64,000 nucleotides of DNA, taken from an uncultured Bacillales bacterium. Lineage in GTDB: Bacteria > Bacillota_I > Bacilli_A > RFN20 > CAG-826. Shown here one piece after another: positions 17,765 through 26,858 of this stretch (its first letter is position 1; every line of letters starts with the position of its first letter). Both the position numbers and the translations under genes were made by a program. Location: contig CAJJXG010000003.1 in assembly GCA_905197045.1 (NCBI GenBank), forward strand, positions 30,146 to 94,145. The letters run 5' to 3'. The notes under the pieces are model-generated. The model did not search any database. It saw only the letters and a program-made list of their open reading frames with translations, and was not told where the DNA came from.

Positions 17765-20665
17765 TTAATAATTTTGTTCGTAAATCTTATTTAATTCATC
17801 CCCAGAATGCGCTGTAACATATGAGTTCATTTCATCAAGCGTGAACTCTTCGCCTAAGTTTACTAAATCTAATTTTGCACCAAGAGCAATAGTAAGAAGA
17901 ACATTAATGTTTAAACTAACATCAATACCACTTAAAGTACTAGTTTCTTTATCGTTATCTACAAAAACTTTAAGGTTCAAATCACTAAACATTTTCATTT
18001 TAGTTAATTCAGCTAAGTTAAGGCCAAAATTGAAATATGGTGTATCTGAAGAATCATTATAAGAGAAATCTTTTAAGAGATTTTCATAATGAATTATTGA
18101 ATCACTACTTCCAGAATCACTATTTCCTGAGCCAATTAAGCTCATCGCAAGATCATTAAACCCTAATATAGTTCGGCAAAGATAAGTAACTATATTATCA
18201 AGGAAATTGTCTAAATCTGCTTTAACATAGGTTTCATAAGTTTTTTCTTTTCCTAAAAATGGTAATGTATCGTATTGTTCAATTCTATGTATATAGAACA
18301 TTTCATCTTTCATATAGAAGCTAGCTCTTCTGTTTCTAACATTAAATTGATCCCAATAACCATTATTGACCCCAGAAATCGTAGGAACATTTGGAAATTC
18401 AATAGCAAGACTTACATTTCCTTTTTCATTTAAGATTTTAACATCAATTGGAATATCTTTATCAACTTTCGCTATTCCAAGATCTACATTAATATGAGCG
18501 GCGCCACTAAAATGATAATGGTTATAAATTGAAGTATTAATTCCAAGTCTAAGCAAAACAGCTAAACTATCAAACTCAATATAAGTATCAGATGGATCAA
18601 GTCTTGTCTTATCTAATGCATCATTATATTTATTAAGATTGATTTTAAAAGAGTAGACACTATCGCCATATTTAAAATCTTTAACTTCTAATGATTTCAA
18701 AATTTCAGATGGATTTTCGACTGTATTATCAAATTCGATAACTACTTTTAAAGTCGAGTCAATGCCAATTAAACCGCCTTTTAAGCCAAGTTCAAGAGAG
18801 TTAGAAGTAACATTTAAAGAGTCGATTAGTCCAATTTCAAATAATTTTCCATAATCTTTATTGTTTATTGCTTCCATTATAGGAAGAGAACCCATTGAAT
18901 TTAATAAATCGCCAAATAATTCATAGAAATGGTCATCTTTGTTATTTAAGATTTCACTTACCATACCAATAACATCAGTAAAGAAATTAGAAGAAAATCT
19001 TCCTTTTGTTACATCATTATAAGTAAATAAGATTTCATCGTAACTTCTCATATCAACTTTGATGTTATGATTATAAGTTGATGAATCGACTAAATTTAAT
19101 TCGCCATAGCCAAACTTATTATTAATATCAAATTGAAGACCACCATCAACGCTTAAATCTTGATTTGCGCTACTTGTATCATCAACACTACCTGTAAAAT
19201 CTAATCTAAATCTTGATTCGCGTGAAAGTCCTTCAAAAGCATTAACTAAGCCAAAAGCAGGATCAATAGCAACATATTCGTCCATATTAAAGCTAATTGG
19301 ACTATATTCTTTAGTTGTTAAATTAATATTTGCTTTATATCCATTTACATCTAAACCAGTAATAGAAATTCCTTTAAAAGCATGAGTATCAAAATTTAAA
19401 GCAATTTTAATATCTGTCGCATTAATGCCTAAAATAGTTAAATCTAGAGTAACGATTAAAGACTCTTCATGAGATTCAATTTTCTTAATAATATTATTGA
19501 TAGTACTTAAATTATCAATAATGCCTAATATATCGTTATTTTGAAGAATATCGTTCATTCCAGCCAAAGCTTCGTTTAAGTAATTGTCTTCAACTTTCTT
19601 TAAAATGTAATCAATCAATGCAAATATATTTTGATTCTCAACTTTAAATTTCAAGTTGTTATAGTTTACAAGTAAATTATCATCTTGCATTCCAAGTTTA
19701 AATGCATGAGTTCGATCGTGATTTTCTTCAATGACACTACCATTAAAAGATAAACGAGAAAGCTCAGTATCATAAGAAAGATCGCCATTAAATTTTATAT
19801 AAGGGTTATTTAAATTAGTAATGTTTACATCTAAATTAAATGTATTGTTTGTTTTATTAAATGCATTATAGATTCCGTTAATTAAATCAAAAGTAGGTGA
19901 AAAATCTTGATATTCTCCAATATCTGGTTCTGTAAAAGTTAAAGGAGCATCCAGTTCTTGATTAATATCAAAATCTAAATAGATATAAGTATTTTCAAAA
20001 TAGAATTTATTAGTTTTTACGCCGACAAAATTATAGTTTTCATCACTCTTAAAAACTAAATCGATATCTTCATTTAAAGAAAGTTTAAATAAATAGCCAC
20101 CATTTATTGCTTCAGGCTCCATCGAACTTAAATCATTCATTACTTTGTTTAAATCGAATTTAGTTAATTCTTCAGGTAAAGACAAATCAATTCCATAATT
20201 TGGAATCATGTTAACAAATTCGAGTAATGAACTAGTTTCTAAATATAATTTGGCTTTTTCATAATCCAAGAAAATCTTCCCGTTGAAATAGTTAATATCG
20301 CCATAGAAATTAACGCCATTAACTTTTACATCTAACCTACCTTCAAAACGAGTGTTGTTTAAATTTTCTGTATCAAGTCCTAAGGCTCCATCAACATTTA
20401 TATTTGCGGTTTTGTTATCAAATGTTACTTCTATTCCGCCATCAATTTCAGCTTCATCAAGAGTAATAAGACTATTTAATAATCTTTGAGCTGGAGATAG
20501 ATTTTGATTGCTATTCCCGCCATTATTGTCTTGACTGCCATTATTTGCTCCACTATTTGGAGTCTGATTTCCTCCGGAATAGTCGTAAAAAGAAGCAAAA
20601 GCGACCCCAGTTGATACAACTAGTGTACTAGCCCATAAAATTACTTGTTTAAAAATAGGTTTCAT
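17765..20665 (-). CDS. Large secreted protein of unknown function (966 aa)
   Basis: Signal peptide MKPIFKQVILWASTLVVSTGVAFA, then an N/G/S/Q-rich linker. The remainder is N/D-rich with an alternating beta-like pattern. I recognise no catalytic motif. Confidence 0.5.
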   Translation of the reverse strand: MKPIFKQVILWASTLVVSTGVAFASFYDYSGGNQTPNSGANNGSQDNNGGNSNQNLSPAQRLLNSLITLDEAEIDGGIEVTFDNKTANINVDGALGLDTENLNNTRFEGRLDVKVNGVNFYGDINYFNGKIFLDYEKAKLYLETSSLLEFVNMIPNYGIDLSLPEELTKFDLNKVMNDLSSMEPEAINGGYLFKLSLNEDIDLVFKSDENYNFVGVKTNKFYFENTYIYLDFDINQELDAPLTFTEPDIGEYQDFSPTFDLINGIYNAFNKTNNTFNLDVNITNLNNPYIKFNGDLSYDTELSRLSFNGSVIEENHDRTHAFKLGMQDDNLLVNYNNLKFKVENQNIFALIDYILKKVEDNYLNEALAGMNDILQNNDILGIIDNLSTINNIIKKIESHEESLIVTLDLTILGINATDIKIALNFDTHAFKGISITGLDVNGYKANINLTTKEYSPISFNMDEYVAIDPAFGLVNAFEGLSRESRFRLDFTGSVDDTSSANQDLSVDGGLQFDINNKFGYGELNLVDSSTYNHNIKVDMRSYDEILFTYNDVTKGRFSSNFFTDVIGMVSEILNNKDDHFYELFGDLLNSMGSLPIMEAINNKDYGKLFEIGLIDSLNVTSNSLELGLKGGLIGIDSTLKVVIEFDNTVENPSEILKSLEVKDFKYGDSVYSFKINLNKYNDALDKTRLDPSDTYIEFDSLAVLLRLGINTSIYNHYHFSGAAHINVDLGIAKVDKDIPIDVKILNEKGNVSLAIEFPNVPTISGVNNGYWDQFNVRNRRASFYMKDEMFYIHRIEQYDTLPFLGKEKTYETYVKADLDNFLDNIVTYLCRTILGFNDLAMSLIGSGNSDSGSSDSIIHYENLLKDFSYNDSSDTPYFNFGLNLAELTKMKMFSDLNLKVFVDNDKETSTLSGIDVSLNINVLLTIALGAKLDLVNLGEEFTLDEMNSYVTAHSGDELNKIYEQNY

Positions 20666-20676
20666 AGTTCTCTCCC

Positions 20677-21588
20677 TTAAAAGTAGATTTTTTCATCAAT
20701 ATTAGGAATTTTAGGCGCACTGTCTAAAATAGTATATTTTTCATTTAATGTGGCTTCTGTGAAGTTTTTTCCGAAAACCCAAACATAATATGCTTCAGAA
20801 ACATTCATTTCTAAAAGATTTAAATCTTTGTCAACATTGAATTCGACATGAACTTTTGTAAATTCTGGAGCATTATCCAAACTCGACATTTGAATCATTT
20901 GCTTTGAATAGCGAATAACACTAGTTAAAGGATCTAAATCAAGCGAAATAGTATATCCATTTTCATTTTCAGTTATTGTTGAAGTATCTAATGTTGTTTT
21001 AGAAGAAATTATGTAAATTACTGGTTGAGATAAATTTCTTCCCCATGCATCTTCATATTGCTCAACAGTGAATTCTTCTTTTGCTTCATATTGACCACTA
21101 ATACCATTAGAGTCATTCTCTATTTGTCCATTATATATATCTACTTTATCGCCTTCTTGATAAAATCTTTTGGCAACCTTAACAAATGTAGATTCAGAAA
21201 TGCTTTCATTAAAGAATTCATTATCACTTTTTATACTTCTACCATATGTAGTTTGAGTAACACCCATTGATTTAGCAGCCGAAGTAACACTACTTTCGGT
21301 ATATTTATTTAAAGAATACTTATATATAGAGATATTAGCTAAATCACTTGGCGAATAATCAAGTGGATTTTTAGGATTAGCTAAATAATCTTCATAAAGT
21401 TTTTTGTTATTATCAGCATACCCTTCTTCATTTAATCCAGAATAATCAATTCCTTTAGGTGATAATTCAAAGGCAAGCAAAAAACCAGTAGCTACACCTA
21501 CTGAAATTGCAAGTACTAGACCTATACAAGTTACAACAGTTCTTTTACTAGGTTTTTTAAATGTAATTTCTTTTTTACCAATCTTCAT
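20677..21588 (-). CDS. Membrane-anchored protein of unknown function (303 aa), co-transcribed with the 966-aa protein
   Basis: Single N-terminal TM (VVTCIGLVLAISVGVATGFLLAF) with an extracytoplasmic domain. The gap to the next gene is 11 nt. Confidence 0.5.
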   Translation of the reverse strand: MKIGKKEITFKKPSKRTVVTCIGLVLAISVGVATGFLLAFELSPKGIDYSGLNEEGYADNNKKLYEDYLANPKNPLDYSPSDLANISIYKYSLNKYTESSVTSAAKSMGVTQTTYGRSIKSDNEFFNESISESTFVKVAKRFYQEGDKVDIYNGQIENDSNGISGQYEAKEEFTVEQYEDAWGRNLSQPVIYIISSKTTLDTSTITENENGYTISLDLDPLTSVIRYSKQMIQMSSLDNAPEFTKVHVEFNVDKDLNLLEMNVSEAYYVWVFGKNFTEATLNEKYTILDSAPKIPNIDEKIYF

Positions 21589-21700
21589 AATAAAGTAGAC
21601 CTTTCGGCCTTATTAATTTAATCAACATTGCAAAAATAAATCACGATAAGTTAAAAGAATTTTAAAGAGAGTTTAATCTCTAACTCTCTTTTTAAGAGAA

Positions 21701-21729
21701 TTGACATATTTTTAACGATTATTTATGAT
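21701..21729 (+). promoter_or_regulatory. Sigma70-type promoter placing the TSS at or next to the ATG of the XRE gene (leaderless mRNA candidate)
   Basis: TTGACA (21701-21706), 17-nt spacer, TATGAT (21724-21729). The ATG is at 21736 and no SD is present. Confidence 0.5.
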
Positions 21730-21735
21730 ATTTTT

Positions 21736-22347
21736 ATGGAAGAAACGAAAGATATTAAAAAGATTGTAGCTAAAAACCTTGCAAATCTAAGGAAAAATAA
21801 AAAATTAACTCAAACTGAGTTAGCTGAACAGTTTGGATATAGTGATAAAGCTATTAGTAAATGGGAAAATGGTGACACTCTTCCAGATATTCAAACTCTT
21901 TACCAACTTTGTGAATTTTATAATGTTACTTTAGATTTTTTAGTTAACGAACAAGACTTTGAAGATAAAATTAAATACATCAATCACCTTAATAGAAAAG
22001 TAATTATCAATAACTCTATGATTGAACTTTTATATTGTTCTTTCGTTTGGATACTTGCTGTTATCATTTATATTTATCTATTAATTTTTACTGAATTTGA
22101 TTATTGGCAAATTTTCGTTTGGGCTCTTCCTGCAACTAGTCTTGTTATGCTACTTTTTTCAAAAGTTCGGAAACAAAAAATATATACTTTTGTTGTAAGA
22201 AGCTTGTTCTTTTGGACTTTAGTTATAGCTTGTTACATCCAATTTATTCAATTTAATATTTGGCCATTATTCTTTTTAATGATTCCAATTCAGGTTGCTT
22301 TGATTTTAACAATAGCAATTAACGATAAATTAAAAATTATAAAATAA
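21736..22347 (+). CDS. XRE-family HTH regulator fused to a C-terminal 4-TM domain
   Basis: HTH KLTQTELAEQFGYSDKAISKWENGDTLPDIQTLYQLCEFYNVTLDFL. The C-terminal half is hydrophobic. Confidence 0.8.
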   Translation: MEETKDIKKIVAKNLANLRKNKKLTQTELAEQFGYSDKAISKWENGDTLPDIQTLYQLCEFYNVTLDFLVNEQDFEDKIKYINHLNRKVIINNSMIELLYCSFVWILAVIIYIYLLIFTEFDYWQIFVWALPATSLVMLLFSKVRKQKIYTFVVRSLFFWTLVIACYIQFIQFNIWPLFFLMIPIQVALILTIAINDKLKIIK

Positions 22348-22371
22348 TGGCGCTACTTACATAACGCCATT
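22346..22371. terminator. Bidirectional terminator hairpin between convergent genes
   Basis: aatggcg-(12 nt)-cgccatt, flanked by A/T runs. Confidence 0.45.
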
Positions 22372-22399
22372 ATTAATTCGTTTTATTAATTATTATCTT

Positions 22400-23809
22400 T
22401 TATTTTTCTCTTTTACCAAATTTATATAGAGCATTCATTGCATTAACTGCTTGTTCAGCAGTTGGATAAGCAGGAATATTATGCTCTCTTAAAAGCTTAA
22501 TAGCTTCATGACATTCCTCTCCGCCTTGGCAAATCATTATAAATGGTTTATTAAGTTCTTTTGTTGACTCATAAACTTCTATAGCCGCTTTTGCTACTCC
22601 AATTACATCAGTAACAGCTGTTGGACAAATCGCACCAAGAACACCATCAACATTAGGATCTCTTAAAGCTTGTTGGAAAGCACCTTTATATTGAATTACT
22701 GTTGCAGTTCCTGAAATATCGACAGGATTTAAAGGTGAACCAAACATTGGCATATAAGCTCTAATTCTTTGAGCAAGCATTGGTGAAATTTCTTTTAATT
22801 CATGAAGAGGCATTCCAAGTCTTTCAAAATGATCACAGCTTAATAATCCTGCGCCTCCTCCATTTGTAATCATTACAACTTTGTCGCCTTTTAAAGGAGG
22901 CAAATAGCCTAAAGCTAAAGAAACATCAAGGAATTCTTGCCATGTTTCTACTCTTATTGCACCTGCATCTTTTATTACTTTGTCGTAATATTCATCACCA
23001 TTAGGGTTTTCACTAGCGGTATGAGCAAAAGCAGCTTTTACACCAATCTTACTTCCACCAACTTTTATAACAACAATAGGTTTATTAACTTTTTTACAAC
23101 TTGAAATAAAAGCTTCAGGAGAATCAAGGCCTTCAATATAAATGGCTAAACACTTTGTATGAGGATCTTCTCCTGCATATTCAATAAATTCAGAAAAATC
23201 TACATCAGCTTTATTACCTAATCCAACAAAGAAGGACATTCCAAAATGGTCAGCTTGACTTGTACCTAAAGCAGCAAGTAAATTGGCACCTGATTGAGAA
23301 ATCATTGCTATTGGTCCTTCAACAGGTAAATATGGGATAAAACCACAATTAAAGTGTTGATATGGTGAACCTAAACCTACTAAGTTAGGTCCAATAAATG
23401 GGAGTTTTGCTTCTCGACATGTGTTGACTATATCATTTTGTAATTTTTCTCTACCAATCTCTTTAAATGCGCTGGTTGCAACAACTAAAACTTTTGCTTT
23501 TATCGCAATTGCATCATTAACTATTTGAGTAACAAGGTGAGCAGGTACTGCAACAAAAACTAAATCAACACTTTCATTTATTTCTTTTAGTGTGTGATAA
23601 CATTTTAAACCTAAAATTTGATCAGCTCTTGGGTTAACTGGATATAATTTTCCTTTAAATCCCCATTTCATAAGTTCGTAAACAACTTTATAGCCGACTT
23701 TTGTTGGATATCTACTTGCACCGACAACAGCAATTGAAGAAGGATTCAAAGCATACTTTAAATTTTTAACTACATAATCTCTAGCTTCTAAAATTTTCAT
23801 ATCTTGCAC
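22400..23809 (-). CDS. CoA-binding protein, ADP-forming acetyl-CoA synthetase (ACD) alpha / SucD-like
   Basis: N-terminal CoA-binding Rossmann segment SIAVVGASRYPTKVGYKV, SucD-like flavodoxin domains, and a His loop KAAFAHTAS. No ATP-grasp (beta) partner is encoded nearby. Confidence 0.7.
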   Translation of the reverse strand: MQDMKILEARDYVVKNLKYALNPSSIAVVGASRYPTKVGYKVVYELMKWGFKGKLYPVNPRADQILGLKCYHTLKEINESVDLVFVAVPAHLVTQIVNDAIAIKAKVLVVATSAFKEIGREKLQNDIVNTCREAKLPFIGPNLVGLGSPYQHFNCGFIPYLPVEGPIAMISQSGANLLAALGTSQADHFGMSFFVGLGNKADVDFSEFIEYAGEDPHTKCLAIYIEGLDSPEAFISSCKKVNKPIVVIKVGGSKIGVKAAFAHTASENPNGDEYYDKVIKDAGAIRVETWQEFLDVSLALGYLPPLKGDKVVMITNGGGAGLLSCDHFERLGMPLHELKEISPMLAQRIRAYMPMFGSPLNPVDISGTATVIQYKGAFQQALRDPNVDGVLGAICPTAVTDVIGVAKAAIEVYESTKELNKPFIMICQGGEECHEAIKLLREHNIPAYPTAEQAVNAMNALYKFGKREK

Positions 23810-23812
23810 CTC

Positions 23813-24988
23813 CTATTCTTTGCTTCTATCAAGTAGGACATCATCTGTAAAAATACATTCTTCATAGAATCCATTTTTGTCATCAAGACGACATGTCCAT
23901 CTTCTAAATTGGCGTGGAGAATTTGCCTCTAATACTTCAATAACCTCGCCATAACTTAATATTTTTTCTCTAATTTTATCAATATCAGTTATGCCTTCGT
24001 ATGCTGAAAGGACAAAGTTATGATGGGCATCCGAGCAATCAAAAATGTTTTCAAAAGAAGGATCTTTTGCAAGTTCATCACAAATTTGTTCAACTCGATA
24101 AGTTGGAGTATTTTGGAAAAGAGAGACAACAAAGAAATGTAACTTCAATCCTAAACTTGCATAGTTAAAATAAATCATTGGAATTATTGTTTTTTGATCA
24201 TCGACAATTTTAGCTATATCAGTTCTCATTTCTTTAGCATCAAGTCCAGAAAGTTTTGCTAATACATCATAGTCGAACATGTTTACAATGCTGCCACAAT
24301 TATTAATAGCATCAATAATAGCAAAATCATATTTATCCATCTTCTTTTGAATTTTTAAAACATTCTTTAATTGTTCTTCACTCCAAAAATAATGACGGTA
24401 ATCTTCTTTACAATCAAACATGTTTACATGAGATTCTCTAACTAATCTTCTAATTGGTAAAATATGAACATATTCGACGCATCTATTAAATCTAAATTTA
24501 TCTAAAACACCATAAATAAGATTATCTAAATTTCTCATATGGTTTCCATTAAAATAATCAAAGTTTCCACCTTCTTCCATCATATAACCAGTGCAGATTT
24601 GATCATTGTCTTGGAACCATTTAGTTAAAGCTTCTCTTTCTTCTTTAGTGGTATCATCTTTTAACTTAACTAACCAATAATAAAGTCCAAATCCCATAAT
24701 TCCAACATAGGAATTTGATACAAGCATAAAAAGTTTCTCATCATACATTCTTTTTATACGTTTTGCGACTTCATCTTTATTTAGTCCAACTTTTTTTGCA
24801 ATATAAGCTAGATTAAATACTTCAGGATAGACTTGGTAAAAAGATTTAGCGATGTTAAAGGCAACAAATTCTTTAGCATCTTTTGCCACAACTCCTGGTT
24901 CTAAAAACGCACAACCTTTAGGGGCTATATTATAGTCTTTGAAATAAGCTTGTTGCTCATCCGTCCCTATTTTATATTGTTTTTCCAT
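23813..24988 (-). CDS. Protein with two tandem Lrp/AsnC-like (wHTH + RAM) modules, function unknown
   Basis: Two repeats of an HTH-like segment (LAYIAKKVGLNKDEVAKRIKRM; VLAKLSGLDAKEMRTDIAKI). Each is followed by a beta-alpha-beta RAM-like segment (GFGLYYWLVKLKDD...; LHFFVVSLFQNT...). The gap to the CoA-binding gene is 3 nt. Confidence 0.4.
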   Translation of the reverse strand: MEKQYKIGTDEQQAYFKDYNIAPKGCAFLEPGVVAKDAKEFVAFNIAKSFYQVYPEVFNLAYIAKKVGLNKDEVAKRIKRMYDEKLFMLVSNSYVGIMGFGLYYWLVKLKDDTTKEEREALTKWFQDNDQICTGYMMEEGGNFDYFNGNHMRNLDNLIYGVLDKFRFNRCVEYVHILPIRRLVRESHVNMFDCKEDYRHYFWSEEQLKNVLKIQKKMDKYDFAIIDAINNCGSIVNMFDYDVLAKLSGLDAKEMRTDIAKIVDDQKTIIPMIYFNYASLGLKLHFFVVSLFQNTPTYRVEQICDELAKDPSFENIFDCSDAHHNFVLSAYEGITDIDKIREKILSYGEVIEVLEANSPRQFRRWTCRLDDKNGFYEECIFTDDVLLDRSKE

Positions 24989-25345
24989 GTAATCTTTAAT
25001 CCTCCATTATTACTATTTGAAAAACTAATTTTAGGAATGGTTTTTACATTTCTAATTACTTTTATTGTAGCACTAGAAAATTAGTATGTTATCACTAAAA
25101 TTGTAAAATTTATTAAGTGAAAATTTAGAGATGAGTTTATTCTTCTTTTTTTCTTAAATAAAATTCGTAGAGGATTGGAGGCACAATAGAAAACACATAA
25201 AGGAAAGGAAGTAAAAAAAGATAAATTGAAGAAAAAATAGTCGATATTATTAAAGCGATTAAAGAAAAGATGAATAAAGATATCAAAAAAAATGATTTAA
25301 TTATATAAAGGCACTAAATTTTTATAAGCACTTTTTCGGTACAGA

Positions 25346-26005
25346 TTAATTAGACAGTAAATAAGCAATGCATTTTGCAACTCGCAATGGTTCATCTTGA
25401 AAATGATTACCTTTATTAAATTCAAATTTTGAATTAGAAATTTTAGATGAAATTCTATCAAAAATGATAAGCGAATTAGCCTCTACTTGAGACATTATTT
25501 TATTTTTTGTCTTCTTTTCTTTATCGCCTAAAGACATATAAAATGTTGAAATACTATGCAAAACCTCATTATATTTGATAAATTCAACAAAATTTGGATA
25601 CCATAAGCTCCCTGAAACTGAGCCTATTTTCAAAAAGGCGTCAGTGTTAAAAAGAGCATAAACTGCAAATAATCCAGCCATAGAATAGCCAACTAAGACA
25701 TTATAAATAGGTCTAATGTTTTCTTTTGTAGTCACTTCTTTAATTAATTTTAAAATAACTAACTCCAAGAAATCTTTAGCTTCTCCTTTAAAATCAGAGG
25801 CTCCTTTAAATATAGTAGAAGCTTTATATGGAGAAAGATTATTGTTCCATTCAAAACCATAAATAGTTAATAAAGAAAAGTCTTTATCAGTTAATAACTT
25901 TACTTTCTCTATAATTTGAGAAGCGTTATCTTCAAATGATGGGATAACAATTAATGGCGCTTCTTTACTTTCGCCTTCTTTAAATGAAAACTTATAACTA
26001 AACAT
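25346..26005 (-). CDS. Alpha/beta hydrolase (putative esterase family)
   Basis: Nucleophile elbow VGYSMAGLFA; C-terminal GNHF. Confidence 0.65.
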   Translation of the reverse strand: MFSYKFSFKEGESKEAPLIVIPSFEDNASQIIEKVKLLTDKDFSLLTIYGFEWNNNLSPYKASTIFKGASDFKGEAKDFLELVILKLIKEVTTKENIRPIYNVLVGYSMAGLFAVYALFNTDAFLKIGSVSGSLWYPNFVEFIKYNEVLHSISTFYMSLGDKEKKTKNKIMSQVEANSLIIFDRISSKISNSKFEFNKGNHFQDEPLRVAKCIAYLLSN

Positions 26006-26006
26006 G

Positions 26007-26813
26007 CTAGCCTAATAATACATCAAGAGCCATCATTAATAAAAAGCCAAAAACAAAAGCAATAATTCCATAATGATTTTTGCCTTCTCCGCTTACTGCC
26101 GTTGGAATTAAATCTTCAATTGTGACATAAATCATACATCCTGCCGCTAAAGCAAGAGCCCAAGGCATCAAAGGTTCAATAAAGTAAGCTAAAATTACTC
26201 CAAAAATGGCAAATATTGGTTCAACTGCTCCACTAAAAACGCCATAAGCAAAAGCTTTATTAGTAGAATGAGTTTCATCTTTAAAAGGAAGAGAGACAAT
26301 TGCTCCTTCAGGAACATTTTGAATAGCAATTCCTAAACTTAACATCATTGCTGAAGAAAGTTGAATCCAAAGATCTTGTCCTTCATTTAAACCAGCTAAA
26401 GCAACTCCAAAAATTACTCCAACAGATAATCCTTCAGGAATGTTATGAATTAAAACGGCTAAAAACATTTTTTGTTTTCTGTTTAATCGATTTGTTTTTA
26501 TGCCTTCTTCGTAATGATCTTGATTATGTATATGAGGAATTAAATGATCAATTGCTAAAAGTAAGCCCACTCCTAAAATAAAAGCAATGATAACAACAAG
26601 AATTGTTGGCATATACTCAGTTTTATATTCAAGAGCAGGTAAAATTAGACCAAAAATAGAGGCTGCAAACATTACTCCTGCTGCAAAACCATTAAAAATT
26701 TTATTTAAGTTAACTCCGATTCCTTTATTTTTAAATAAATATATTAACGCGGAGCCTAAAGTTGTTCCAATAAATGGAATAATTAAACCTAAAAATGTTA
26801 TAAAAATACTCAT
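26007..26813 (-). CDS. ZIP family divalent metal (zinc) transporter
   Basis: Signature HNIPEGLSVG, a second QNVPEG, 8 TM helices, and a His-rich loop HLIPHIHNQDH. Confidence 0.85.
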   Translation of the reverse strand: MSIFITFLGLIIPFIGTTLGSALIYLFKNKGIGVNLNKIFNGFAAGVMFAASIFGLILPALEYKTEYMPTILVVIIAFILGVGLLLAIDHLIPHIHNQDHYEEGIKTNRLNRKQKMFLAVLIHNIPEGLSVGVIFGVALAGLNEGQDLWIQLSSAMMLSLGIAIQNVPEGAIVSLPFKDETHSTNKAFAYGVFSGAVEPIFAIFGVILAYFIEPLMPWALALAAGCMIYVTIEDLIPTAVSGEGKNHYGIIAFVFGFLLMMALDVLLG

Positions 26814-26858
26814 GTGTTAATAATAGCAATACTTATGATTTATTAAAGAAATGTGCAA

